Assembly (NCBI GenBank): GCA_965112155.1
Contig: OZ218102.1
Length of the DNA: 64,000 bases
Reading direction: 5' to 3' (one strand)
DNA from: Podarcis liolepis
Taxonomy: Eukaryota
Part shown: positions 27,001-40,382 of the stretch, in pieces
Numbering within the stretch: position 1 is the stretch's first letter
How the letters are laid out: each line of letters opens with the position of its first letter
Notes under the pieces: model-generated
What the model was told of the DNA's origin: nothing
The model's database searches: none
Seen by the model: only the letters and a program-made list of their open reading frames with translations
Position numbers and translations under genes: made by a program

Positions 27001-27847
27001 GTTCTGAAGCATTTATGACTAAAGGAATTGTACAACCATTTGTAATGAAATCGTATCCTACATTTATGAAGAAATACATTACCTAAAAGTATCAGGGGTA
27101 AACGGCATAAAGCATTTCCCCCACTAATTGCTTAATGATAATCTAGAATGATAATCTAGTTTTGCCTCTCTCCTCCAAGTGAAACTACAGAAAAGATTAA
27201 TTTAGAACACTCCTAAACAGGTGCTTCAGAATTCTTGTTTTCTATCAATATGAGCACAGGCATGACTGGGGTGGGGTGGGGGGTGGGAACAGAAAAAGCC
27301 AATTTGGCCCTAGCCAAGGTGTACATCAGCGGTATCCTCAAGACTATCCTGTTTATATATTTCTTCCTCCAGGTTTCACAATATTTAGACATTTTGGCTG
27401 GGGGCACTTCTTATCCGTCAAACACAGAAAATGGAAAAACCACTTCACTTCCCCCATTTGCTTCATATCATCCCTCCACCCCATTTAAGAACAGGGGCAC
27501 TAACAATAAACCAGTCCTCCAAAAAAACAGGACACCTGCTTACATGGCCACATACAGACTATATGGGGAGGTAAATACATTTTTACCATGGTGATTTAAC
27601 ATTGTTTTAAGTCCCATATGTAATGGGGTTTTAGTGAGAAAATAAATAAATTAAACCATGTGTTTCATTTGATCTTGAGATTCTTATATTTGTAACATTA
27701 CATGCTGTTCCTATATGCCTCACCAGAATAGCTAAAGACCTTTTAACCTCATTAAGTGCATTTTCTATGATTCACTCCCTTTCTCAAATGAATCCCTTTT
27801 CCATGTTGCATACAGACAAAAATCCAAAGCTATACTGAAAGTTTTAC

Positions 27848-28051
27848 CTCAATATCAAGTATCTCCACAGTGTTGTCCAAATGCTTTATCCTCATTTGTA
27901 GAGACCTCTCATGTGTTTTAGCAGGTGTTGAGGCTATAGCAGAGGAGAGGTTCTGTCCTGGTTCCAGGGTGCTCACTCCAGAATTTTTCTGGACTCCCAA
28001 ACGAGAACCTGGAGTCTGCAGCACTCTGTAAGTGCCTTCTATCTCGCCCAT
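27848..28051 (-). CDS. FARP2: FARP2 first coding exon, CDS part (MGEIEGTYRVLQTPGSRLG...LDNTVEILDIE, 68 aa). The exon starts at 28080.
   Basis: Recognisable FARP2 N-terminus, strong Kozak (AAAATGG), acceptor tctctcttAG at 28081-28082, donor GTAAAA at 27847. Confidence 0.96.
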
Positions 28052-31000
28052 TTTCCACCATCAAGCAACAATCCAATGAACTAAGAGAGAAAAATACAAA
28101 TAATTTATTTTAATAACTTTTAAAGTACACCATGAATTTGTGCAAAAATATAACAACTAGCTGTTGCAAGTTGCTCTACAGCTCTGTACACTCACTACCC
28201 ACAACAAGATTTTGGGGGCAATTCCTCCTGTTCAGCATGCATGAGTGAGTAACGTAACAACTCCTCTGAACACTGAGATACAAAAATTAAGTCGGTACAC
28301 ATATTCAGGATAGAATTCTGAATTCCAAATCCATCTCAAGGAAGACACAACACAATAATCTCCCATGCAGATTAAAACATCCAGATGAGAATTGGTGCAC
28401 ACATTCAGGACGTCACTCTGTATTTGGGGCTCAAACACCAAATCCATTTTCAAAGAAAGTTGTAAAATAGATTGAAATTCAATCTTTGAAGTAAGAATAC
28501 TAGAATATGTTGCTTTACTAATTACTTGTCGAGGATTTGAAGTTGGCAAGAGCCTCAGAGTTATGTCATCCCTCTCACTACTTCATCTTGGGGCAAAACA
28601 CAAAAAAGTTAAGTGGGCTGTGCAAGATGGATTTGAAAGTGGAACCTTCCTAAACCTGTAGTCCACCTCTGGATTGAAGTAGGGGCAAAGTAAGGAATCA
28701 GGGAGATTCAACCTGTCCATAATCCAGGATTAATATGGGTGCCAGAATGATGCAGCAAGTGGGTACGTACTAAAGAGGGAAAGACAGAAACAAAAAAATC
28801 TAAAACAGATAAAACCTTCCATTTTTAGTAGTGAGGCTGCATAGCAACTTGAATAAATATATGGAACTGACAAAGCATGAAACATATTCATTACAGCATA
28901 CTGCATTTTGTGTTAGCTTACGCCAGATAGTAGCATAACAAGTTAATTATGCCGTCTAAACAACTAGCCAATAACTCATGAATATGGCATATCATGAGTA
29001 CTTCCAAACCTCCCTCCCAATGAAACTCCCATCTTCCAAGCTTAAGTCAATCAATATCACAAACCCATAACATTTGCAAAGATTGCTCTGGGTATAGCTT
29101 TCCAGAATTGAAAGCCAAATATAAGCTCTCTCAACTGTGGCAAGTTTGCTACTTCACAGACAAAATCTCTAATTCTGCTTAACTTAGAAGACCAGTAGCT
29201 TGCAACAGCCAAGTCAGGAATGCCAGTTTTAGTTGTCCATTCAGTATAACTGAAACAATAGAACAGTGAGTATATTGTAACCAATTAATGCAGTGTGAGT
29301 TCTGAAGCAAGCAGTAATATACACTAGGTTGATTCAGACATTGAGGTTTGTCCAATCATAATTTCTGTGTTCAACTGTGAGCTATTTCTTGGTGCATGTG
29401 TAGAAAGGCACTTTCAGTAACTTATTTTTGTAAACCACTTAAAGGATTTTTTTTTACACTCAAGCGTCATATAAATTCTGTTAAACAAACCAACAAAAGC
29501 ATTTCCTTGCCTTTATTAATTCCCTTCTTCCAGAGCTTTACTGAGAGACATCCAACACTGTGCAAGCAGACTTCCGCTCTTCTCTTCCCACCTGAAGTCT
29601 CCCAAGAGCCCCCCAAATCTGTTCCAGTTAATAAACCCCCCTAGAGCAGATTTTGGGGCAGAGCTGGGGACTACCCATTAAGTTCAGGTATATTTTCTGG
29701 GAACACTCTAGAGCAGGTGGGGGCAGGGGTCTACAGGATGTGTGTGGAGAAGTAGGAAAATCCTATTGCACAATCAGGCAGGCTTCTTTGGATGTAATCC
29801 ATTAAGTCCAGGTCTATCTTCTGGAAACAACAGACACATTTATTTATTTGGACAAGGGGATTGCAAATGGAGTTGTGATGGGTGAGCTTTAGTGTCTCTT
29901 TTTCAAACAAACGTGTTTTTAGTATGTGTATTTAACTACTACCTGCCCTAAAACTCCTAAGAAAGAACAGGCTAATACAACATTCCAAATCAATAGCTAG
30001 AATAGAATCAAAGTACTTTAGCTAAAATAAACTGTTAGATATAAATAGCATGGTATGCTTGTAAATTTCCATCCTCAGAAAAGTTAAGTGTTAACTGTTG
30101 CTGCCCAAGCCTCAGCAGTAACTGATATAAACCTTTTTGTGCCTGCCTTGCATGAGACTTGGGGATAAGCAGCAGCACAAGAGGAGTACCCTAGATGGAA
30201 GCTAACTCTTCAGACATTGTATCAGAAATACTGTATGTGACAAGACAGCAATTGTAAATGAAAATGCATTCTTTATCAACAACAGAAAGCCCAGAATGGG
30301 TTAAGAAAAATATTAATCCTCATACCCTCCATGGGGGGGGGGGGGGAGAAACACAATTGTTGCAAAACATTATCAAACACAAAAAGTTATCAAAGGATAC
30401 TATAACAAATACTGTATAAAGAATCCACTATTTCCCCAAGCCTACAAGAAAAATCCATGTGTGCCGCTGATACAGCTGCAAATGCAAATTTGGACATACA
30501 TAAGCTTTACCACAGCAGAGCTACCTAACTGAAGTCCCAATTATACAAATGATGAAAGACTCCATCTAAAAAGCAAAGCAAACCCACTCAATGGATGGAA
30601 CAACACTAACTCCCCAATCCATAACCTTGAGGGGGTTAGAACTGCAGAGAGATGCCTTCCTACCAGCAAAGGGCTTCACTAGTCAGCGAGAAACCTCCTC
30701 CACAGAGGCTTCTAGCGCACCTGCTGAAAGCTCTGTGGGTGTAGTTCTACTGTTGGCAGTGTTCCTGCTGGCAGTAGCTGGCAAATAGGCTCTGAACTGG
30801 GGCAGAGGTGGCCTTGGATCAACTGCATGAAGTCTACTACAATATAACTAAATGTCTACAAGAGATATAATTTACTAGACTAAAATAACTTGGCAGAAAG
30901 GGGATTTCCAAGTATCAGGCCATTTTGAGACACTTACAAGCCATACAGAGTATTGATCCAAACAGAATATTGATTAACAAGATCAATGCAGCAAAACAGG

Positions 31001-31749
31001 AACTGGATCAGTACACCTATCATCTTATACTATTAGATATTTATTTTTGTGATATTTTCCTTTTAATTCCATTTTCACACTGTGAAACTAGATGCCAGAG
31101 AAGCTGCAGCCTGAACAATCCTTTCAGGAAGTTTCACATACTGCAGATTTTCAGGAAGACATCTCCATATAGCTAAGACTTAACTCTGAAATTCACATGT
31201 AGAGAATCTAGTTAGTATAATTATTGCACATGTATGTATCATTGTGTGTCTGCACACTGGCCATAGCTGGAGTATAAATAATGGCGCACACGGTAAGGTA
31301 CCAGGAGGTTTCCTGGGGAAGCTTGTACCAAGCCTGTAGGGTGGGGTCTGCGAGCATTATTTTTTTTTGCAAAACTCCAAAGCATAAAGCACGTAGGCTC
31401 CTCATTAGAGCTAAACGCTATCAAAAGCTGGGTTGCATAAATAATTAGAAACAACTATGTGAGCATATGGCCACCTAATTACCGTCCTTTGAAAGTAGTG
31501 TGTAAGTAAGTACTCTACAAGCCTTCTAGAAGTGTGGGGGGGGAGGAACCCTCAAGTATACCCTTTGAAACCAACGTCTTGGAAAAACTGACGTTATTTG
31601 CACCAAATCAACCATAATGAGAGCAGCATGCGCCAGGTGGTGTTAAAAAAAACGCGATCGGGGGGGGGGGGAGCCGCGTCTCATATTTAGGAACAGATAT
31701 CGAATTGGGACGGAAAGGCAACAAGAAGTTCTAAAAGCACGCAGAACTA

Positions 31750-32880
31750 CAACACACTTAAGGATGCCCCCCTGCGTATCTCAGAATTGCACAGCCCACT
31801 TGTAACACACCAGGTTTGAGTCGGGCGAGGCAACCGGACAGCAGCCACCGAAAACCGTTCCTTCAACGCCTCTCGGAAAGGGACTCCGCGCTGCTCGTCC
31901 TTGCCCTGCCGCGCCCCGCGGGGGATGAGGGACGCGGCCGTGTTTCTCTCCCGAGCAAAGGTCGTGTTTTCTGCCGCTGAATTCACGCCCCTCCCGCCGC
32001 CGACGGACTGACCTCCCCCTACCCCGCAGCTTCCGAGTCCCCTCGGGCCACGAAGCCGCCGAGATAGGCTGGCGGCGGCAAACCGAAGCGGGAAAAGGGG
32101 GCTGCTGAGGTAGCGCCCCCCCCCCACTCCAAGCAACTCCGAGGGAGGGTAGGAGGCGCCCAGCCCCGACTTCGACGGCTCCCGGACGAGGAATGCGCCC
32201 TTCCCTAGCTCGCTTCTTCTCCTCCCTTCCCCGCAGCCCCGCTCTCACCTCAGACCGACATCTCAGTCGACGACCGCACCGCGAGACGCAGCCGCCTCAG
32301 CTGCGCGCCCACTTCCCCGCTCTCGCGCGCCTCCTCGGCTTCCCTCCGCCCCCCCACCCCATCCACCCCTCAGGAGGCCGGCGCCATCGCCGCCACCCCC
32401 TCGCGCCAGAAGCGCCTCTCTCATTGGCTGCCGCGGAGTTCCTCAGGCAGGGCTCCAACGGCTCTCTTCCGCGAGCCCCGAGTCAGCAGCCTCGGCGGTG
32501 GGCGGGACCTGCTTACTGGGCAGGGCTCTTCACTCCCGGCTACGGGTGGCTCGAAGGAAGAAAAGCGAGCGAGGCGCGGCGACGGAGTTAACAGCCTTTA
32601 CCGGAGGCTATTAAACTGCCACAGGCGCCACCATAATAAGGGCACTGAGGAGTAATGGGGCCAAGCGAAGGACATCTCTCCTGACTGCCTCGGTCAGAGG
32701 CTGCCCCATAACCGCCTCCGCGCTCGACCCCACGGGAGCTCTTCTCCGGCCCAACTGCCATTTCTGTCTCCGCAACCACACCTCGCGCGTCAGTGCGAAG
32801 CTGGATCGGGTTGAACCGGTGAAAGCGACGAGATTTTCCTGTCAAGCTTCTTTACGTGTAAGGGAAAGTCACGGCAGCCA
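31750..32880. promoter_or_regulatory. FARP2: CpG island / FARP2 promoter
   Basis: High GC and CpG content, CCAAT box on the minus strand (ATTGG at 32423-32427), GC box GGGCGGG at ~32500. Confidence 0.85.
32249..32370 (-). other. FARP2: Putative FARP2 non-coding exon 1 (TSS approximate)
   Basis: Minus-strand donor GAG|GTGAGA at 32248 inside the CpG island, downstream of the CCAAT and GC boxes. Confidence 0.6.
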
Positions 32881-34749
32881 CTCCCCAGATGCCTGCAGCT
32901 CTTGGGGATGTGGGGGGTGGGGGAGAATGAGGTGTGGAGTAAAACAAAAGTAAACTAAAAAAAAAAAAAAATCAGACACGACGCCTCTCCTCGCAGCTGA
33001 GGCAAAACAAAACAAATAAAATTCGGGGGATCTCAAACGTGTTTGTTGTAATGCGTGGCCCACCCATACGTTCAAAAACTTGAGAAGGCAAACGTATGTG
33101 AAGTTGCGCTTTTGTCTTTCACAAATGCACACTCAAAGCAGAAGAGAAGTTGAAAAGCATTGGCAGTTTTTATATAGTGTCAGTAGAGTTTTACATGCAA
33201 CTTGCGGGAGGAATACAAAAACCGCTTTAAATTAAAATCGTGAACGTCATCGGAAATAATTGCCTTCCTTGATTAGGTCAAGCAGGGTATGATGATCCTT
33301 ATACCCAGTTTTCTTTCTCAGTATTTACAGGTGGTATAATGCTCCTGTAAATGGAAAATGCAAGGACCTTTCTGCACAATTATTTCATATTAAAAACGTG
33401 TTTGACATGGGACAAATGACAGCATGGATCAGCCCTTCAATTTAGTTGTAGAGGAAGATTAAGAGGAGTTGTTTGTGGAACAAGTGGATTTACAGGAGCC
33501 TAGCTTTGTAGTTTGATCCTAGGTAATGCATCAACCCATACCTAACTGATAAGCAAGGGAAAATAATACTTATCATTCAAAATCATCTTCCTGTTGTGGA
33601 TGACTATCCCTTTCCCCTAAGTGTCTCTGACAACATGTTTCCATAATCCTATTGCATAAGCAATATGTACTTTTCAAGGGTGGTGGCTTGATAAATTTAT
33701 TTAAAGCTTGCTCTATATGTTCCTGATAGTGCTAAAGAGTTATTATCATGTTTTGAAGAGTGTTGCTCAATGTGTGTTGGGGAAGAAGGGACAGAAATCC
33801 CAGATCTAATGAAACAAGTGTGTTGTACTATTTTTGTTCCTTTTCTGAAGAGGTACAATGATGAGCATTTTATCCAAACACTTAATATACAAAAATCCAT
33901 TAAAAGCTGGGCTCTTTTTTAAATCAGAGAAAAAACTTGGTGACCCATATTTACATATATAAATGGAAACAATCAGGTTCTATCAACACACTTCAGATAT
34001 GATGGCAAGATTGCCATCTTTCACATGTATTATGTATGATTAAGAACACAATAATAAGTCCAGACCAAATAAGTTTGCAATTCAAATTATTCTTACAAGT
34101 GTATCTTATTTTAATTGTTAATTAGCCAGTAGGCACCCAAAAGCTTATATAAACCAATGCATGATGTTAACTTTTAGAGGCGTCTATCAGATCTTTAGGG
34201 CAGGTGTCCTCCATATATTTTAGTCTATAACATCTATCTTCCCTGACTTGGCTGTGGGAGATGAGGCCAGTGGAAGTTATAGTCCACAGCATCTGGAATG
34301 CACCATACTGGTACGAGTGGGTTAGGGTGCCAAAAAGACAGTGAACAACTTCTGAAACAATAGATGGCTTTGTTTAGAGGTTTTGTCTTCTGCCAGTTTT
34401 GACACACAACATAAAAGGACTGCTGAATCAAATCAAAGACCTGTCTAGTACAGCATCCTGTTTCCCACACTGGCCAACAAGATGCCTACAGGTAGCGCAC
34501 AAGCAGGACATGAATAGCCCTCTAATTCTCTTGTTCTCATACAACTGGTATTTATAGCATGTGGTATCTAAACTTAGAGGAGATTGCTTATAGCTATCTA
34601 TATAGAACCATTACTACTATATCCACTGTCAGTGAGCCTTTCTTTGCCCATTTACAGGTACGGTTTGAATCCAAACTGCATCTGCAGATGGACTGCAAAA
34701 AGGCTTGCTGAAATTACTGATCAGCTGTTCAGCGGTTACAGGGAGTCCT

Positions 34750-35155
34750 TTTGAATTATGAATTTTTGACAAGAGTTCTAGTCAAAGCCTTTTGAAAGTC
34801 CAAGTATATAATTTTTACCAAATTTCCCCTATCCACATGCTTGTGAAGATTCTCAAAGAGCTCTAAAAGGATAGTGAGGCAGAGCTTTGTAGAAGCCATG
34901 CCATGTTGATTCTACAGCAAGTCTTACTATTAAGTATGATCAATAATTTTATCTTTAACAAATGTTCAGCTAATGGGCCTGTAACTTCATAGAACCAACC
35001 TCTTTTAAACACTGGTGCCACATAGATTGCTTTCAGTTCTCTATCATGGATGCCAAGCTTTGGGGCAAGTTACAGATTTTTGTTAGAAGATTGACATTTT
35101 AATCCTTCAGTCTTTTTAGAATGCTCAGGTGGATTCCATCCAGATCCGGTGATTC
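34750..35155 (-). mobile_element. Degenerate CR1 RT fragment
   Basis: GTCAAAGCCTTTTGAAAGTCCAAGTA reads on the minus strand as YLDFQKAL-like; ...CCATCCAGATCCGGTGAT. Confidence 0.6.
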
Positions 35156-36274
35156 GTTTTCATTCAAGGATCATAGGAGTTTGGTGGTTGCAGCAGATGG
35201 GATAATCCAGACTCACCCATATATCATTACAGCTTCCATTTTTTAAAAAAACAACAACCCTAAACTAGCTAAACCTTTAACTTACAATAGAGTAAGGGAA
35301 AACATGCAAGCTCTGTTCTGTCCAATTGCTGAGTAAGACAATCTCACCTTAGCACCCAGTGTCATTGCTAATGAATGTTAAAACACCAAGGTGATTAAAA
35401 GATTAAGGTGACATTTATTTTTAATTATTTTCCTTGCCCAGAATGAATTATAATTCTAGTATCAATTTAAGTGCTTGCTCCCACCTCCCACATCAAATAA
35501 ACGAGACTCTCTTGCCTGACTTTGTGTCTGCATTTCCTGACTGATACAGCAGCTAATGTAGTAAACCTTCTTAAGTGTCAAGGTCACTGTCTAGGGCAGG
35601 CCTGCATAGCTTGGGACACACCTAGCCAAATGCAGCCTATTTGATATGTACTGTGGCCTGCCAGGTTTGATAATGTCCCCCGTTTTTGCAGTAGCATACT
35701 TTTTCAGGCCCCTGGTGGGTCACAGTACATAAATTTAATGAGCTGTATTCAGCTTGGTGGGTCAATAATGTAGTGGGCCAAGTTTAATTTTACTTCAGTT
35801 TGTATCATGAGTTTAGTATTGTTCCTTTTAAAACTGAAGTTTAGGATCTAAATTGTATTAGTGGGTGGAAAGACAACAGCAACCATTAGAAAGTGAGGGA
35901 GGAACATGAACATTTGAGAGAAGCAGAATTCCTTAGAAGTGCTAACACCCTGTCATTTGTGCTGTTGAGAGAGACTGCCCTTTGGCCTTCTGCCCACATG
36001 AACCAATGTAGTTTTCTGAACTTAAAAGAGTATAATCAAAAATTACTGAGGTTTATGTTACTTGCACTCAAAATGTCCAATTTAGCATTTTCTAAGGACC
36101 CATGTGCAGATGTCCTACTTGTGGTAAAAGTTTCCTCTCCCCATCACAGCAGCTCTATGTTCTTGATGAATGGCCAAGAACAAAAGTCTAAATTTTGCAC
36201 ACCACATGGTCCACCACCACATGGTCCACACTGAGGAAGGGTGTGGTGGTATTTAAAGCAACACCCTTGTGTGT

Positions 36275-36276
36275 CT

Positions 36277-36310
<34 letters not shown>

Positions 36311-36312
36311 AT
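36275..36312. repeat. (TCTG)n microsatellite
   Basis: Direct tetranucleotide repeats. Confidence 0.9.
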
Positions 36313-36714
36313 CTAGCATGAGAGGGAAAGATTTATGCCCAAATTTGCTCAGTCTGTCTATGACTTGAGGACTCTTTGATACAGGGCACAGAGAATGAAC
36401 TGAGGACCTATGGCACCCACACAACTGTGCTACTAACCACAACAGCCTTCCGTGGCAAAGGTGCAATTGGCTAAAGTGGCAAGTGTTCACTCTGTTTACA
36501 AGAAGCATCAGTGCCTGCAGTGGTTCTCTGTAGTTCTGAAGATGCCGTGGAGCAATGCCTGCCAGCATTTGAATAATTTGCTTATCAAGAAGTGCCACTC
36601 TTCCTTGTGTGAGGCAGGGGCTTGATGCCTGTACTCTCAGCTTGATGTTGGGATATCTTCTGTCCTTTTTTCAGTTTGCTTTGACCTGAAAGAGAAATAA
36701 AGAGAAATATTAGA

Positions 36715-36900
36715 ACCTGGGATCATTCAATGAAGCTGAATAATGGGAGATTCAGGACAGACAAGAGGAAGGATTTTTCTGCACAGTGTATTTTCTTTAA
36801 AAAACAACAACCAGTGGAATTATCTACTGCAAGATGTAATAATGGCAATCCACTTTGGCTTTAGACAAATTCATAGAGGAAAAGGCTATCAGTGATTTGT
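36715..36900 (+). mobile_element. CR1 3' fragment
   Basis: TGAAGCTGAATAATGGGAGATTCAGGACAGACAAGAGGAAG, similar to 20320-20360. Confidence 0.55.
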
Positions 36901-37584
36901 AGCATGAACCAACTCCTACACACCCTAGTGGCACAGCCAGTCTTACTAGCTTAGGCTACCCCATTTCAGACGAGCTTTCAAATAAATGAATGGAAAATTT
37001 GTAGAAACTTCTGTAAACTTGTTGTTCCATTAGTCAGGGAGAAGTTTGCACAAGCAGAGCTGGGCAGGTCAAATTACTGAAGCTTGAATAACTAACATTT
37101 TTGCAGGGCACCAGCAGCCACTGGTTTTGAAAAACAAGAAATATGTCTGTTCTAAAAACAAGTTCCCATTCTTTGGAGCAGGGATGGGAAGCTCACAGGC
37201 TGTACCCTTGCTCCTCAGATATTTCTATATCTCACCCCCACATTGGCCTTTTAATAAAACCAAACACTGAAATCTATTTCTTGCCCATTCCTCATCCGCA
37301 CAGTCCTTGCTAGCTGATTCCGTCCCTAAATCAGGCACATCTTCCATTAAAAAGGTTCTGTCCTTTCTGTCTCTTGGGTGCCACCATTGATGTCACCTTC
37401 CACCATGAACACCCAATATCTCTCCCACTAGTCTTTCTCAAGGGAAGGGCTAGCAACAGAGAATGGGCTGGGTAGGTACCACTTTTGGAAGCTGTTCTAA
37501 GCCTCTTACAGCAGTGGTGCCCAGCAACCTTCCCACAATGAGAAGAGCTGTGTCTATTAAATGGTGATGGACCATGGGGAAGTA

Positions 37585-37823
37585 CAGTGGTACCTCGGGT
37601 TACGTACGCATCAGGTTACATACGCTTCAGGTTAGAGACTCCGCTAACCCAGAAATAGTACCTCGGGTTAAGAACTTTGCTTCAGGATGAGAACAAAAAC
37701 CGTGCTCCGGTGGTGCAGCAGCAGGAGGCCCCATTAGCTAAAGTGGTGCTTCAGGTTAAGAACAGTTTCAGATTAAGAACGGACCTCTGGAACGAATTAA
37801 GTACTTAACCCGAGGTACCACTA
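37585..37823. mobile_element. Tc1/mariner (Tigger/pogo-like) MITE
   Basis: TIRs CAGTGGTACCTCGGGTTA / TAACCCGAGGTACCACT(A), TA flanks, same family as 43339-43565 and 55555-56125. Confidence 0.88.
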
Positions 37824-38884
37824 TATAGGGAGGCTAGAGAAAGGGAGACCAGCCCCGCAAAAAAGGTTCCCCACACTTGTCACAATGACTCTCAAATCCA
37901 TTATTACATCCCTTGCAACTTATTTCATACTAGACCAAAGCAAAGGCTAAAATAAGGCTATTTTTACACAAGCTTGTAAAGAGTAGGATGGGACCCGTTG
38001 AAAGCATCAGTGAGAAAATTAAGCAAATGCATAAATAAGAAGCTAGCACTGTAAAGGGAAGGGGTTTGGGAAGACTACAAGAAATGAAGGAAAAAATTTA
38101 ATTTTTAAAGATGTAAGAGATAGAAACACCCCCTGTATCATATACATACATTATATTATAGTTAACTGTAAATATAGCTTGTCCTCTAAGCCTTTACTGT
38201 GCAAGTTAGCAACAGGGCTCATGTAAGAAGTTATTTTGAATTGTATTGTGTAGATACCAACAAGCACTACCTACTTTTATTCAATGCCTCAAAAAGTATA
38301 TGTATTTTATAGCAGCACATAATTATTTTCTTTTTAACCCTTTAAATACTGGGAGCATATTTAGTTATATTGTTGATAAAATAACACTATTATTGCAAAC
38401 TAATTGATTTTAATTGTACTTACTGGTGATAAAACAGGTTTATTGTTTTAGCTAGCTCTTATAAGAAAAACGTCCTTCTGCAAATATACTAGACTAAGCA
38501 TAGATATATGTTCAAACGCATACATGCTCTGCAACTTCTCTTTCATCAATTTTGAAGTTCAAACGCCTTGTTACTTCCTAAAGAATAAGCTTACAGAATA
38601 TGAAGCAAAGAAAACAAGGCAGAAAGACCCACTCAAGTGATCAAAACAAAGCTAGCAAATAATGTATAAACAACTCTTGTTCAAAAGGAATAGACCAAAC
38701 AGAAAGGGAGAAGCAGCAGCATTATATGTAAAGGATGCGTATATTGTGAAGAGATCCATGACCTGGAGCATGGAAGGCAAATTGATAGTAAATGGGTAAA
38801 ACTTTTAGGAGAGGAAAACAGCAGTGACCTTACTGTGGGTGTCTGCTATAGATAGACCTCCAAGCTAGACTGAAGACTTCAATG

Positions 38885-39035
38885 GTGTTGTTGTTTAGCC
38901 GTTTAGTCGTGTCCTACTCTTCGTGACCCCGTGGACCAGAGCACGCCAGGCACTCCTGTCTTCCACTGCCTCCCGGCAGTTTGGTCAAACTCATGCTGGT
39001 AGCTTCGAGAACACTGTCCAACCATCTCGTCCTCT
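38885..39035 (-). mobile_element. RTE/BovB-like 3' fragment nested in the CR1
   Basis: GTTGTTGTTTAGCCGTTTAGTCGTGTCC(T)ACTCTTCGTGACCCC...CCAACCATCTCGTCCTCT is the reverse of a BovB-type 3' end with a (CAA)n tail. Confidence 0.7.
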
Positions 39036-39140
39036 TTCAAACATTCAAAAAGGAGAAATATGGTAGTCATGGGAGATTTCAACTACCCTGATATCTGCTG
39101 GAACTCAAACTCTGCCAATAATGTAAGGGCCAACAAATTC

Positions 39141-39186
<46 letters not shown>

Positions 39187-39187
39187 T
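39141..39187. repeat. (TAT)n microsatellite, probably a retroelement tail
   Basis: About 15 TAT units. Confidence 0.9.
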
Positions 39188-40361
39188 GTACACTGCCCTT
39201 CATCTGCAGATCTCTGACAATTTCATTTCCCAGAAGGTGGAAGAAACAACAAGGGGATCATCTGTCTTGAACCTGGTCCTCACCAAAAGGGAGGAACTGA
39301 TGAAGTGGAAGTACTGGGAACCTTGGGAGGAAGTGATTGTGTCCTCTTGTGTTTCATGATACACAAGCAAAGGAAAACTGAGTGTAGTCAGGCATGCATT
39401 CTGGACTTTAAGAAGGTTGATTTCAAAAAGCTTAAGGAACTACTGGGTGAGATCCCATGGTCAGAAATTATCAAAGAGAAGGAAGTCCAGGATGGTTGGG
39501 AGTTTTTTAAAGATGAAATATTGAAGGCACAAATGTAGACAATTTCAACAATAAATAAAAGTGGGATGCATCTAAAGAGCTGAGATTTAAGAATGGCATG
39601 TATAAGAAATGTAAGAAAGAGGAAATCACTAAGGAAGAGTATACATGAGTAGCCAACAGTTGCAGAGTGAAGGTCAAGTGAGCCAAAGCTCACAATGAGC
39701 TCAGGCTGTGTTAGGAGCAAGAGGAGAAACAAGCAAGTATGTAGTAGGTTCTCTGGGTGGAGAAAACTGAGGAAAAAACTTTGTGATAACAGAATAAATG
39801 ATGCAAAAAGGAAGCTGCAGCCAAGATAGGAAAAGAGGTGGTAAAGGAACACATAGCTGCTTTAAATGAATTCACATCTCTAGGGCCTGATGAATTGCAC
39901 CCAGGGGTATTAAAGGAACTTGTGGATGCAACTTCGGAGCCCCTGTCTATAATCTTTGAGATTTTTGAAGTGTGGTATGTTGCTCATGTGAATGAGGGAT
40001 GTTGCAAACTAAATCTTTTTAAAATGTAATGATGTATCGCCCTCTTGTGGGAATGATTCCTGATTGCATGATGCCAGAGGAATAAAACAGTATTTCATAT
40101 TTACTCAGTCCCACTCTGCTCAATGAAGTTTCCTCCCAAGTCCTACATACTGTACACGTGTACAGCTAAATTTTAATTCTGGCACCAGTGTAAATTATCT
40201 ATATTAGTTGGCATCCGGCTGTCTCAGGAGATAATGGAGGAGTGCACCTTTGAGGGGTGAAGTTAAACTGTTGGAGAGCTACAGCGCTGGCTGTGGCTGT
40301 AGAGCTCAATATGGGACAGATGTGTTTTGTTTCAACTGGAGCAGAAGAAAGGGTCCAGTTG

Positions 40362-40382
40362 TGCTGCTGCTGCTGCTGCTGT
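40362..40382. repeat. (CTG)n short triplet repeat
   Basis: TGCTGCTGCTGCTGCTGCTG. Confidence 0.85.

Larger units (their letters stand above)
38690..39962 (+). mobile_element. CR1 LINE ORF2 remnant (endonuclease to RT linker), disrupted
   Basis: Translated remnants [39 protein letters not shown] and GPDELHPGVLKEL, with frameshifts and stops. Confidence 0.88.

Noticed and set aside
31747-32845. Long ORFs of 85-155 aa over the FARP2 CpG island
   Set aside because: Stop-poor GC-rich DNA, low-complexity translations, no recognisable family.
36202-36230. Short tandem duplications (also at ~27134-27159 and ~49263-49306)
   Set aside because: Ordinary slippage duplications with no sign of function.
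39060-40029. Poly-Tyr ORF and neighbouring ORFs as a host gene
   Set aside because: They are broken CR1 ORF2 pieces, and the poly-Tyr run is a TAT microsatellite.
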